From Vicinamibacteria bacterium (lineage in GTDB: Bacteria; Acidobacteriota; Vicinamibacteria; Fen-336; JAGNNV01): 64,000 nucleotides of DNA. A model generated the notes under the pieces. That model ran no database searches and had not been told where the DNA came from. It saw nothing but the letters and a program-made list of their open reading frames with translations. Of this stretch, positions 1 through 9,937 are shown one piece after another (positions within the stretch are counted from its first letter, which is position 1; every line of letters begins with the position of its first letter). Position numbers and translations under genes: made by a program. The stretch covers positions 2,273-66,272 of the forward strand of contig JBGATM010000006.1 of assembly GCA_044229175.1 (NCBI GenBank). The letters run 5' to 3'.

Positions 1-251
1 CGCCGAACCGCGAGACTCTCGACCTTCTGCCGCTGGATCGCGGACAGGGTGTCCGCATCCGCGGCCGGCTCCGCCGCCCAGGGAGGCGCTTCCCGCAGAA
101 GCCCCAGCACCCGAGCCACCCGATCCCGGTCCTCCCGGCAGGAGGCGCAGGTTTCGATGTGGGCGAGCACCTGCTCACCCACCGACGTTTCAGCCTCACC
201 CACGAGGACGTCCGTGATGAGAGCCTTCAGATCTTCGCGCACGCACTTCAT
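1..251 (-). CDS. zinc-binding anti-sigma factor (ZAS, zf-HC2), N-terminal part; runs off window start
   Basis: Not in ORF track. Manual translation from ATG at 251 (ATGA overlap with sigma stop): MKCVREDLKALITDVLVGEAETSVGEQVLAHIETCASCREDRDRVARVLGLL..., containing the HxxxCxxC ZAS motif. Confidence 0.85.
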   Translation of the reverse strand, partial: MKCVREDLKALITDVLVGEAETSVGEQVLAHIETCASCREDRDRVARVLGLLREAPPWAAEPAADADTLSAIQRQKVESLAVR

Positions 252-778
252 GACCGCACCCCCGCGAGCGTTTCCGGTCGCAATTCACCAGCCAGAGTCT
301 TGAGCGCCTCATGCAGCATCCAGCCGACCGTGCCGGCGGGCTTGCCGATCGTCTCCGCGATCTCCTTGTACGAGAGGCCTTCCTGCACTTTCAGGAAAAC
401 GACTTCGCGCTGCTCGGGTGTGAGCCGGGTGTACGCCCGGCCCAGGTCCACCCTCAGGGTGGCCGTGGCCTCGGGCGAGGCTTCGTGCTTGTCGTCGAGC
501 CCCTCGTTCAGTCGCATGCGGCGCTTCTCCTTCCTCACGATGTCGAGAGCGAGATTGCGCGAAACCCGGTAGAGCCATCCGCCCAGGTTGTCGGGGCGGG
601 GCTTCTCGGTGAGGAACCTGATGAAGGTTTCCTGCACCACATCCTTCGCGGCCTCGGTATCCAGGAGGACCGCTCGGGCATGTCGGACCAGAGGCTTTTC
701 GAACCGATTCATGATCATCGAGAGCCCGTCCTCGGGATCTCGATCGAACTCGGCCAGAAGGACCTCGGTTTCGCTCAT
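248..778 (-). CDS. ECF RNA polymerase sigma factor (sigma-70 group 4)
   Basis: 176 aa; region 2 motifs KDVVQETF and GWLYRVSRN, region 4 HTH GLSYKEIAETIGKPAGTV; coupled to anti-sigma. Confidence 0.92.
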   Translation of the reverse strand: MSETEVLLAEFDRDPEDGLSMIMNRFEKPLVRHARAVLLDTEAAKDVVQETFIRFLTEKPRPDNLGGWLYRVSRNLALDIVRKEKRRMRLNEGLDDKHEASPEATATLRVDLGRAYTRLTPEQREVVFLKVQEGLSYKEIAETIGKPAGTVGWMLHEALKTLAGELRPETLAGVRS

Positions 779-999
779 CGCGTTATCGAACTTTCATGAG
801 CAAGACGCGGCAGGTACGGCTTTTCTTTGGGAATGGCTCACCGGCTCATTCGATCACAGGCGCGGCCGCGCAGAACCGCTGCGGTAAGCTGCGGCCCGTT
901 CCTCTCGAACCGCCAAACGCCGTGCAAACTCAGGGGTTCGATGCGAGGGCGCCCCAGTCCCACCATGACCCATAGCGACAAGGATCACAGGCACTGCTG

Positions 1000-2520
1000 A
1001 TGAACGGTCTCCCGGAAACCGTCGGGCGGTACCGGCTTCTCCGCGAGTTGGGCCGCGGGATGATGGGTGTGGTCTATCTGGCGAAAGATCCGGACCTGGG
1101 GCGCGACATCGCCCTCAAGGTCATCCAGCTCCCGCAAGGGGCCACGGAGACGGAGCGCGCGAGTTTCGAGCAGCGCTTCTTCGCGGAGGCCCGAAGCGCC
1201 GCGCGCCTCACTCATCCCGGGATCGTCATCGTCCACGACGTCGGGCGCGATCCCACGTCGGGCGCGCTCTTCATGGCCCTTCAGCTCCTGCCCGGGCAGA
1301 CCCTCGACCATCTGCTCAAGTCGAGGAAGCGGCTCGAATGGCAGGAGGCGCTGCGCATTACCCGGAAGGTCGCGGAGGCCCTGGAACACGCCCACTCCGA
1401 AGGAGTGGTGCACCGCGACATCAAGCCCGCGAACATCATGATCCTGCCGTCGGGCGACCCGAAGATCATGGACTTCGGCATCGCCAAGATCGAGACCGGG
1501 CGCCTCACCGCCACCGGTCAGTTCATCGGCACCCCGCTCTACATGTCTCCCGAGCAGGCCATGGCGCGGCCGGTGGACGGGCGCTCGGACATCTTCTCGC
1601 TCGGGTCGGTGCTCTACGAGATGCTGACCGGCGTTCCCGCTTTCGACGGGGAGAGCGTCACCAAGATCCTCTTCCAGCTGATGAGCGTGGAGCCCGAGCC
1701 CCCCTCCGTGCGCGTCGACTCCCTCTCGCCCGCGATCGACAACATTCTGCGGCGTTGCCTGGCCAAGGACGTCACGCAGCGGTACCCGAACGCGCAGGCT
1801 CTCGCCGACGACATCACCGCCGTCATCGGGCCCGGTACCGACGTCGGGCGGCTGCAACCTTCGGGCCTGGGCGCGGGCGGCGGAACGGAGAGCGCGGACG
1901 CGCCGCTGGCCGCACTTCTGGATTCGGGCGGCGAGCGCCCCGGTTCGGAGGATTGGACGTCGCTCGAAACCCGGGCTCTTCCCGCAAGCCGGGCGCGAAA
2001 CCGCAGGAAGGCGTGGATCGCGGCCCTCGGGGTCGCGGCCCTCGCCCTCCTGGGCTGGGGGGCCTGGCGTTTCCTCACTCCGCCGCCGGTCGCCCGGCTC
2101 ATCGAGAAGCCCACCGAACCCACCCCGCCCCCTGCGGCGGAGCCGACCGAAGAGCCGCGGACCGCACCGCGGCCGACACCCCGCGCGAACGAGGCCACCC
2201 TGCTCAGCGTGGAATTCGAACATTCCCTCAAGGCCGGAGTCTTCCGACTCTACGTCGACGATCTCCGGGTGATCGACGAGCCCTTCGGCGGACGCATCAC
2301 CAAGAAGATCGTGGGGGTGGAGATGCGAAAGGGATTCCTCGCCGAGACCCTCGAGGTCACTCCCGGTCTGCGGACGGTCAAGGTCGAGGTGCGGTGGGAG
2401 GACAACGTCAAGACCGAGCGGTCGCAGACCTTCTTTCACCCGGGCAGCAGGCTCCGGCTCAAGGCTAAGCTCGGGAGCATGGGCGGCCTGCGCAAGGACC
2501 TGTCGCTCTCGTGGAACTGA
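1000..2520 (+). CDS. Hanks-type Ser/Thr protein kinase, membrane anchored, Pro-rich linker and C-terminal beta-rich (PEGA-like) extracytoplasmic domain
   Basis: GRGMMG, IALK, HRDIKPAN, DFG, GTPLYMSPEQ; TM segment WIAALGVAALALLGWGAWRFL. Confidence 0.93.
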   Translation: MNGLPETVGRYRLLRELGRGMMGVVYLAKDPDLGRDIALKVIQLPQGATETERASFEQRFFAEARSAARLTHPGIVIVHDVGRDPTSGALFMALQLLPGQTLDHLLKSRKRLEWQEALRITRKVAEALEHAHSEGVVHRDIKPANIMILPSGDPKIMDFGIAKIETGRLTATGQFIGTPLYMSPEQAMARPVDGRSDIFSLGSVLYEMLTGVPAFDGESVTKILFQLMSVEPEPPSVRVDSLSPAIDNILRRCLAKDVTQRYPNAQALADDITAVIGPGTDVGRLQPSGLGAGGGTESADAPLAALLDSGGERPGSEDWTSLETRALPASRARNRRKAWIAALGVAALALLGWGAWRFLTPPPVARLIEKPTEPTPPPAAEPTEEPRTAPRPTPRANEATLLSVEFEHSLKAGVFRLYVDDLRVIDEPFGGRITKKIVGVEMRKGFLAETLEVTPGLRTVKVEVRWEDNVKTERSQTFFHPGSRLRLKAKLGSMGGLRKDLSLSWN

Positions 2521-3833
2521 TGGCCAAGACCGCGCTCCCCAGGACAATCGGCCGTTACGAGATCGTGCGCGAGATCGGTCGCGGCGCCATGGGCGTCGTG
2601 TACGAGGGCCGCGACCTCTCCCTGATGCGGCCGGTGGCCCTCAAGACCCTGCTCCTCGAGCCCATCGCCGAGGAGTTGCGGGAGACCTTCGAGAAACGCT
2701 TCCACCAGGAGGCGCGGGCGGCCGCCGCTCTCCAGCACCCGTGCATCGTGGTGGTCTACGAGATCGGCATCGATACCGCGGCCGAGGCCTTCTTCATGTC
2801 TCTCGAGTTCCTGCGCGGCCGCACCCTCGAGGCGGTCATCGAAGAAGGGCCCATTCCCTGGAGGGACGCGCTGCGCATCGCCGCCCGCCTTGCCGACGCG
2901 CTTTCCCATGCCCACGAGCACGGCATCGTGCACCGCGACATCAAGCCGGGAAACGTGATGATCCTGAAGAAGGGCGAGCCCAAGATCATGGACTTCGGCG
3001 TGGCCAAGCTCGACTCCTCGAAGCTCACGAGCCAGGGCGACGTGCTCGGCAGCCCCGGGTACATGGCCCCCGAGCAGGCGCTGGAAGCGCGGGTCGATGC
3101 GCGCAGCGATCTGTTTTCGCTGGGCACCGTGCTCTACGAGTCGCTCACCGGAAAGCGGGCTTTCGGCAAGGGCACGTTCTCCGAGATCCTGATGCGCCTC
3201 GCCTACGAGCACCCGGTCCCCCCGAGCAGGCTGGTCGCCGGCCTGCCCGCCGCGGTGGACGACATCGTCGCCCGCGCGCTGGCCAAGAATCCCGACGAGC
3301 GCTACGCGAACGCCGATCAATTCGCGGAGGATCTCGAAGACGCGCTCTTCGAGCGGCCGCTGCGGCATGCCGCCCGCGGCGGCTCGCCCGGATCGGCCCC
3401 CGCGAAGACACCCACGGCCAGCGTGGCCGCGATCGAGGTCGCCACCGCCCCCCCGGAGGCGGTGACCGCGGACGCCGCTTCGTCACCGGCCGGGTTGCCC
3501 CGAGGTCCCCTGACCCTGCCCGCGGGGAAGCGGGTCAGCCTGGGCTTCCTTTCCGGGCCGAGGGAAGGCGCCGAGCACGTCCTCCGGCACGCCTCGCTCC
3601 TCATCGGCCGCGAGGGCGGCAACTCCGGCGCCGCCATAGAGTTGGCGGAGACCCAGGTATCCAGAATGCACGCCATGGTGGAGGCCCGGGGCACGCGCTT
3701 CGTCCTGCGCGACCTCGAGAGCAAGAATGGAACGTTCATCGGCAAGGAGCGGGTGAAGGAAGTCGAGATCTCGGACGGGACGGAGTTCCAGATCGGTGGC
3801 ACCCGGTTCGTGCTCCGGGTGACGGACGCGTAG
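2520..3833 (+). CDS. cytoplasmic Ser/Thr protein kinase with C-terminal FHA domain
   Basis: GRGAMG, HRDIKPGN, DFG, GSPGYMAPEQ; FHA motifs IGR, SRMHA, DLESKNGT; ATG at 2520 overlaps the upstream TGA by 1 nt. Confidence 0.92.
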   Translation: MAKTALPRTIGRYEIVREIGRGAMGVVYEGRDLSLMRPVALKTLLLEPIAEELRETFEKRFHQEARAAAALQHPCIVVVYEIGIDTAAEAFFMSLEFLRGRTLEAVIEEGPIPWRDALRIAARLADALSHAHEHGIVHRDIKPGNVMILKKGEPKIMDFGVAKLDSSKLTSQGDVLGSPGYMAPEQALEARVDARSDLFSLGTVLYESLTGKRAFGKGTFSEILMRLAYEHPVPPSRLVAGLPAAVDDIVARALAKNPDERYANADQFAEDLEDALFERPLRHAARGGSPGSAPAKTPTASVAAIEVATAPPEAVTADAASSPAGLPRGPLTLPAGKRVSLGFLSGPREGAEHVLRHASLLIGREGGNSGAAIELAETQVSRMHAMVEARGTRFVLRDLESKNGTFIGKERVKEVEISDGTEFQIGGTRFVLRVTDA

Positions 3834-3911
3834 GGGCGGCGCTCCCCGGGCCATTCCGGGCGTCCGACCCTCGAAATCGGTCCCTCAAGTAGAATAGCGG
3901 GTCACATTTCA

Positions 3912-4433
3912 ATGATCCGACCCTACAAAGGCCATTGGCCGCGCCTCGGCGAAGGCGTCTACATCGACCCCTCCGCCCAGGTCATCGGGGACGTCGCCCT
4001 CGGCGACCATGCGAGCGTCTGGCCCTGTGCCGTGGTCCGCGGAGACGTCCATTCGATCTCGATCGGCGCCTACACGAACATCCAGGACAACACGGTCGTT
4101 CACGTCATGGCGCCGGACTACCCGACCGTGGTCGGCCACCACGTGACCGTGGGCCACTCGGTGAACCTGCACGGCTGCACCATCGGCGACTACGCCCTGA
4201 TTGGAATCGGCGCGATCGTCCTCAACGGGGCGAAAGTGGGCGCGGAGAGCGTCGTCGCCGCGGGAACCCTCGTCCCCGAAGGCATGGAAATTCCTCCCGG
4301 AGTCATGGTCATGGGCAGCCCCGCCAAGATCCGCCGCCCCCTGACCGATCAAGAGAAGGCCGACCTGCGCGGTTACGCGCAGAACTACTTCGAGTACAAG
4401 AACACGTACCTCGAAGAACAGAACGCTCAGTAG
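3912..4433 (+). CDS. gamma-carbonic anhydrase family (YrdA/CaiE-like) hexapeptide-repeat protein
   Basis: VRGDV, TNIQDN..VH, VGHSVNLHGC motifs; TAGAAT -10 at 3890-3895. Confidence 0.92.
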   Translation: MIRPYKGHWPRLGEGVYIDPSAQVIGDVALGDHASVWPCAVVRGDVHSISIGAYTNIQDNTVVHVMAPDYPTVVGHHVTVGHSVNLHGCTIGDYALIGIGAIVLNGAKVGAESVVAAGTLVPEGMEIPPGVMVMGSPAKIRRPLTDQEKADLRGYAQNYFEYKNTYLEEQNAQ

Positions 4434-4511
4434 AGCGTTCCCCGAAATGGCCATGCCGATTTCCCCGACCCTTATCCTTTCCACCCCCCGTCTCGCTTCC
4501 AGGAGTCAAAG

Positions 4512-6289
4512 TTGAAACGCACGCACTACTGCGGTTCGGTCGACGTTTCCCACGTGGGACAGACCGTCACCCTCATGGGCTGGGCGGCCACCAGGCGCGA
4601 CCTCGGCGGCGTGGTTTTCATCGACCTGAGGGACCGCGAGGGGATCTGCCAGGTGGTGGCTCGGCCTGAAGTCTCGAAGGCCGCGCATGACGCGGCCGAC
4701 AAGGTCCGCGGCGAGTACGTCCTCGCCGTCACCGGGCGGGTCGACGCCCGCGACCGGGACACGGTCAATCCCAAGATCAAGACCGGCACCATCGAGATCA
4801 CCGCGACCGAGATCGTCATCCTCTCCGAGGCGAAGACGCCGCCTTTCGCGATCGAGGACGACATCACCACCTCCGAGGACATAAGGCTCAAGTACCGCTA
4901 CCTCGACATGCGGCGCGGCCCCATCCAGCGCTCGCTCATCCTGCGCCACAAGCTGGCCCTCGCCATCCGCACGTATCTCGACGAGCAGGGCTTCCTCGAG
5001 ATCGAGACCCCCATCCTCACCGCCTCGACTCCCGAGGGCGCCCGCGATTACCTCGTGCCCTCGCGCGTGCATCACGGTTCGTTCTTCGCCCTGCCCCAGT
5101 CGCCCCAGATGTTCAAGCAGCTGTGCATGGTGGGTGGCCTCGACCGCTACTTCCAGATCGCGCGCTGCTTCCGCGACGAGGACCTGCGCGCCGACCGCCA
5201 GCCCGAGTTCACCCAGGTCGACATCGAGATGTCCTTCCCCCACGAAGAAGCGATCTTCGAGCTGATCGAGCCGCTCTACCAAAAGGCGCTCGGCCTGATC
5301 GGCGTCGAGGTGCCGCGGCCGTTCCCGCGGCTCGCCTACAAGGACGCGATGCTGCGTTTCGGCTCGGACAAGCCCGACCTGCGCTTCGGGATGGAGATTT
5401 CCGACATCACCGAAGAGATGCGCACGCTCGGTCTCGAGGGCTTCCCCGCCGCGATCGAAGCGGGGGCGGTGGCCCGCGCCATCGTCCTTCCCGCAGCCCT
5501 CGCACCGTCCGGCACGCGCCTTCGCAAGATCAACGAAGAGCTGTGGCTCACCCGCATCGTTCCGGATGCGCGGGCCAGCAAGCGCAATCTCTTCACCCTC
5601 AAGTACACCGATGAGGCCATCTCCAATCTCATCAAGAAGGGCGCGTCGGAAGAAGTGGCGAGGAAGATCTTCGCGAAGACCGGTGCTCAGAAGGACGACA
5701 CCATCCTCGTGGGCGTGGACGCCGAAGGCCCGATTTCCATGGCCATGGGCATCCTCCGCCTCGAGATGGGCAAGGAGCTCAAGCTCATCGACGAGAAGGC
5801 GTTCAAGTTCCTCTGGATCGTCGACTTCCCGCTCTTCGAATGGGACGCGGGCGAGAAGCGCTTCTACAGCGTCAACCACCCCTTCACCGCGGTGCTGCCC
5901 GAGGACGCCCACCGACTCGACTCCGAACCCGGGAAGGTTCGCGCCAAGGCCTACGACATCGTCCTGAACGGCATGGAAGTGGGCGGGGGCAGCTACCGCA
6001 TCCACGACTCCGCCACCCAGGCGAAGGTGTTCAAGATCCTCGGCCTCACCGACGAGGAAACCCGCGAACGCTTCGGCTTCTTCATCGATGCCCTCTCCTA
6101 CGGCACGCCTCCACACGGCGGCATCGCCCTCGGCCTCGATCGTCTGGCCATGCTCCTTTCCGGGGCCGGCTCGCTGCGTGACGTCATCGCCTTCCCGAAG
6201 ACCGCCTCGGCCACCGACCTCATGTGCAACGCGCCTTCGAAGGTCCGGCCCGATCAGCTGCGCGACCTGGGCATACTCCTGTCACGACA

Positions 6290-6293
<4 letters not shown>
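4512..6293 (+). CDS. aspS: aspartate--tRNA ligase
   Basis: KRTHYCG, RDLGGVVFIDLRD, STPEGARDY, LPQSPQ, FRDEDLRADRQPEFTQ, PPHGGIALGLDR; TTG start with AGGAG SD. Confidence 0.98.
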
Positions 6294-7275
<982 letters not shown>

Positions 7276-7279
<4 letters not shown>

Positions 7280-7785
7280 CGCACGAACCTCCGAGTACGG
7301 GCGGGCTGTCGGTGCTGATCGTCAACCGGCAGCGCAAGCACAGGATCCGCGTCGAAGAGATCCGGAGCCTCCTCGAGCGCGCGGCCCGGTCGATGAAGGT
7401 GAGCGGCGAAGTGGCGCTCGTCTTCGCGGGCGACGCTCTGCTGCAAAAGCTCAACCGCGACTACCGCTTCAAGGACAAGCCCACCGATGTGCTCTCTTTC
7501 GAGAGTCAGGGCGAGGACATGGGCCTCGGCGACGTCTTCATCAGCATCGAGACCGCGCGCAGAAACGCGAGGCGCTTCTCCCGAACCCTCGACCGCGAAC
7601 TGGAGATCCTCGCCCTCCACGGTTTCATCCACGTTCTCGGGTACGATCACGAGACGGACAACGGCGAGATGGAGGCCCTCGAGCGGCGTCTTCGCACGCG
7701 CCTGCTGACCCGGCAGGGCGCCTCGACTCGTCCGGCAGGAACCGGCGCGCGCGCGAAAACGGCTTCCCGGAGGATCGCGGCATGA
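7276..7785 (+). CDS. ybeY: rRNA maturation endoribonuclease YbeY
   Basis: LNRDYR, PTDVLSF, HGFIHVLGYDH motif; conserved position after phoH. Confidence 0.95.
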
Positions 7786-9020
7786 CCGTCCTCGGCCTCT
7801 TCGGGATCTTCCTCCTGGTCGTGGTCTCGATCACCCTGGCCACCATCGAGGCCGCCTTCTACCTGGTGAAGCGGCGGAACCTCCACAAGATGGCCGACGA
7901 GGATTCGCCGGAGATGGAGAAGCTCAGCCACTACTTCGAGGATCCCCCGTCGATCCTGATGCCCATCCACATCGGCACCTACACCGCGCACGTGGCCATG
8001 ACCGTCCTGCTCACCGTGCTGCTCCTCGACCTGCTCCATCACTGGGCCGTGCTGGTGGCCCTCGTCACCATGTTCGTCTACCTCCTGATCTTCCGGCTGA
8101 CCCTGCCCTACGCGGTCGCGCGGCGCGCGCCCGAGCGCGTCCTGCTCACTCTCATCCGGCCCTTCCATCGCTACGCCATCCTCCTGCGGCCCATCACCAC
8201 CCTCCTGCGCCGCCGCGCGACCGGTCTCGACGAAGAGGACCTGAACGGGCACAGCGGCTCGGTCCGCGTCCCCTCGCCTCACACCGAGATTCCCCCGCCG
8301 CCCCTCCTCGCCGAGAACGAATCGCGGATCGTCGACTCGCTGGCCCGCTTCTCGAAGACCCAGGCCCGCGAAGTCATGACGCCGCGCCTCGACATCACCG
8401 CCCTGCCCACCTCGAGCACGGTGGCGGAGGCGCGGAAGCTCTTCCGCGAGTCGCAGTACTCGAGGCTCGTGGCCTACGCGGAGACCCTCGACGACATCGC
8501 GGGTGTGCTTCATGTCCGCGATCTCGTCAGCCACGACGGTCCGGAGACCGACACCATCCAGTCGATGGTGCGCCCCGCCCTCATCGTCCCCGACGGCAAG
8601 AAGATCGTCGACCTCCTCCGCGAGATGCAGAGCAAGCGCCTGTCCATCGCGATCCTGGTCGACGAGTACGGGGTCACCGCCGGCCTCGTCTCCATCGAGG
8701 ACATCCTCGAGGAGCTGGTGGGCGAGATCAAGGACGAGTACGACAACGAGAGCGAGCCCCTGGTGGCCACCGCCGAGGGCGTCATCAGCGCGTCGGCGCG
8801 GGTGAACCTGGAGACCCTCAAGGACGCGCTCGATCCCGGGTTCGAGATGCCCGACAACGTGGACACGGTGGGCGGCCTGGCCATGAATCTGTTCGGTCAT
8901 GTTCCCCGGGCGGGCGAGAAGATCGAGCACGAGGGCTACATCATCGAGATCCTCGAAGCCACCCCCAAGCGCGTCGGGCGCGTGCAGTTCGCGCGGGCGG
9001 CGGTCGAGGTCGAACAATGA
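7782..9020 (+). CDS. CNNM/CorC-HlyC family membrane protein (DUF21 + CBS pair + CorC domain)
   Basis: N-terminal TM helices, REVMTPR, VDEYGVTAGLVSIEDILEELVGEI; true ATG at 7782 overlapping ybeY stop. Confidence 0.9.
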   Translation: MTVLGLFGIFLLVVVSITLATIEAAFYLVKRRNLHKMADEDSPEMEKLSHYFEDPPSILMPIHIGTYTAHVAMTVLLTVLLLDLLHHWAVLVALVTMFVYLLIFRLTLPYAVARRAPERVLLTLIRPFHRYAILLRPITTLLRRRATGLDEEDLNGHSGSVRVPSPHTEIPPPPLLAENESRIVDSLARFSKTQAREVMTPRLDITALPTSSTVAEARKLFRESQYSRLVAYAETLDDIAGVLHVRDLVSHDGPETDTIQSMVRPALIVPDGKKIVDLLREMQSKRLSIAILVDEYGVTAGLVSIEDILEELVGEIKDEYDNESEPLVATAEGVISASARVNLETLKDALDPGFEMPDNVDTVGGLAMNLFGHVPRAGEKIEHEGYIIEILEATPKRVGRVQFARAAVEVEQ

Positions 9021-9937
9021 GCGAAGAGAGTCCCGCCACACCTCCCGGCTTCAAGTCCGGCTTCGTCACCATCGTCGGCCGGCCCTCCGCGGGCAAGTCG
9101 ACCCTGCTGAACCGGCTGGTGGGAGAAAAGGTCGCGATCACCTCCGACAAGCCGCAGACCACCCGCAACCGTATCCTCGGCTACGTGAACCGGCCGAACG
9201 GTCAGATCGCCTTCATCGACACGCCCGGGTTGATCAAGCCCTTCCACGCCATGCACACCCGGATGATGAGCGTCGCGCACTCGGCCATCGGCGAGGCCGA
9301 CGTGGTGATCTGGATGGTCGACACCACCGAGCGCGACGGGCCCCACAATCGCCCCATCGCCGACCTCCTGCGCCAGTCGAAAAAGCCGATCGTGCTCGCG
9401 CTCAACAAGGTCGACAAGGTCGCGAAGGCGCAGCTCCTGCCCCTGATGGCGGGCCTCGGAAACCGGCTCGACTTCAAGGCGGTGGTGCCCATCTCCGCCC
9501 GGACCGGGGACGGCGTCGAGGTGCTGCTGAAGGCGGTGCTCGACCAGCTCCACGAGGGCCCGGCTCTGTTTCCCGTCGACGAGTTCACCGACAAGTCGGA
9601 ACGCTTCCTCGTCTCCGAACTGATCCGCGAAGCCATCATCCACTGCTGCGGTCAGGAAGTCCCTTACGCCACCGCCGTCCTGGTTCGGGCCTGGGAGGAT
9701 GAGCAGGCGGACGGAGGGAAGATCCGCATCTCCGCCGACATCATGCTCGAGCGCGAAGGCCAGAAGGCCATCGTGATCGGCAAGCAGGGCTCGATGCTGA
9801 AGAAGATCGGGACGGAGGCGCGGACCGAGATCGAGGCGTTCCTGAAAGCTCCCGTCTACCTGGAGCTTTTTGTGAAGGTGCGCAAGGGCTGGCGCGAAGA
9901 CGACCGGGCGGTCCGCGAGGTCATCGAGGGCCGGTAG
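9017..9937 (+). CDS. era: GTPase Era
   Basis: GRPSAGKST, KPQTTR, DTPG, NKVD, KH-domain VIGKQG. Confidence 0.97.
   Translation: MSEESPATPPGFKSGFVTIVGRPSAGKSTLLNRLVGEKVAITSDKPQTTRNRILGYVNRPNGQIAFIDTPGLIKPFHAMHTRMMSVAHSAIGEADVVIWMVDTTERDGPHNRPIADLLRQSKKPIVLALNKVDKVAKAQLLPLMAGLGNRLDFKAVVPISARTGDGVEVLLKAVLDQLHEGPALFPVDEFTDKSERFLVSELIREAIIHCCGQEVPYATAVLVRAWEDEQADGGKIRISADIMLEREGQKAIVIGKQGSMLKKIGTEARTEIEAFLKAPVYLELFVKVRKGWREDDRAVREVIEGR

Noticed and set aside
783-797. Mini-ORF MKVR upstream of the ECF sigma (minus strand)
   Set aside because: Four codons, expected by chance; no supporting evidence
9921-9937. Convergent 3' overlaps (era/PLC 17 bp; 51906-51909 shared CTAG)
   Set aside because: Common in compact high-GC genomes; no evidence of a regulatory role
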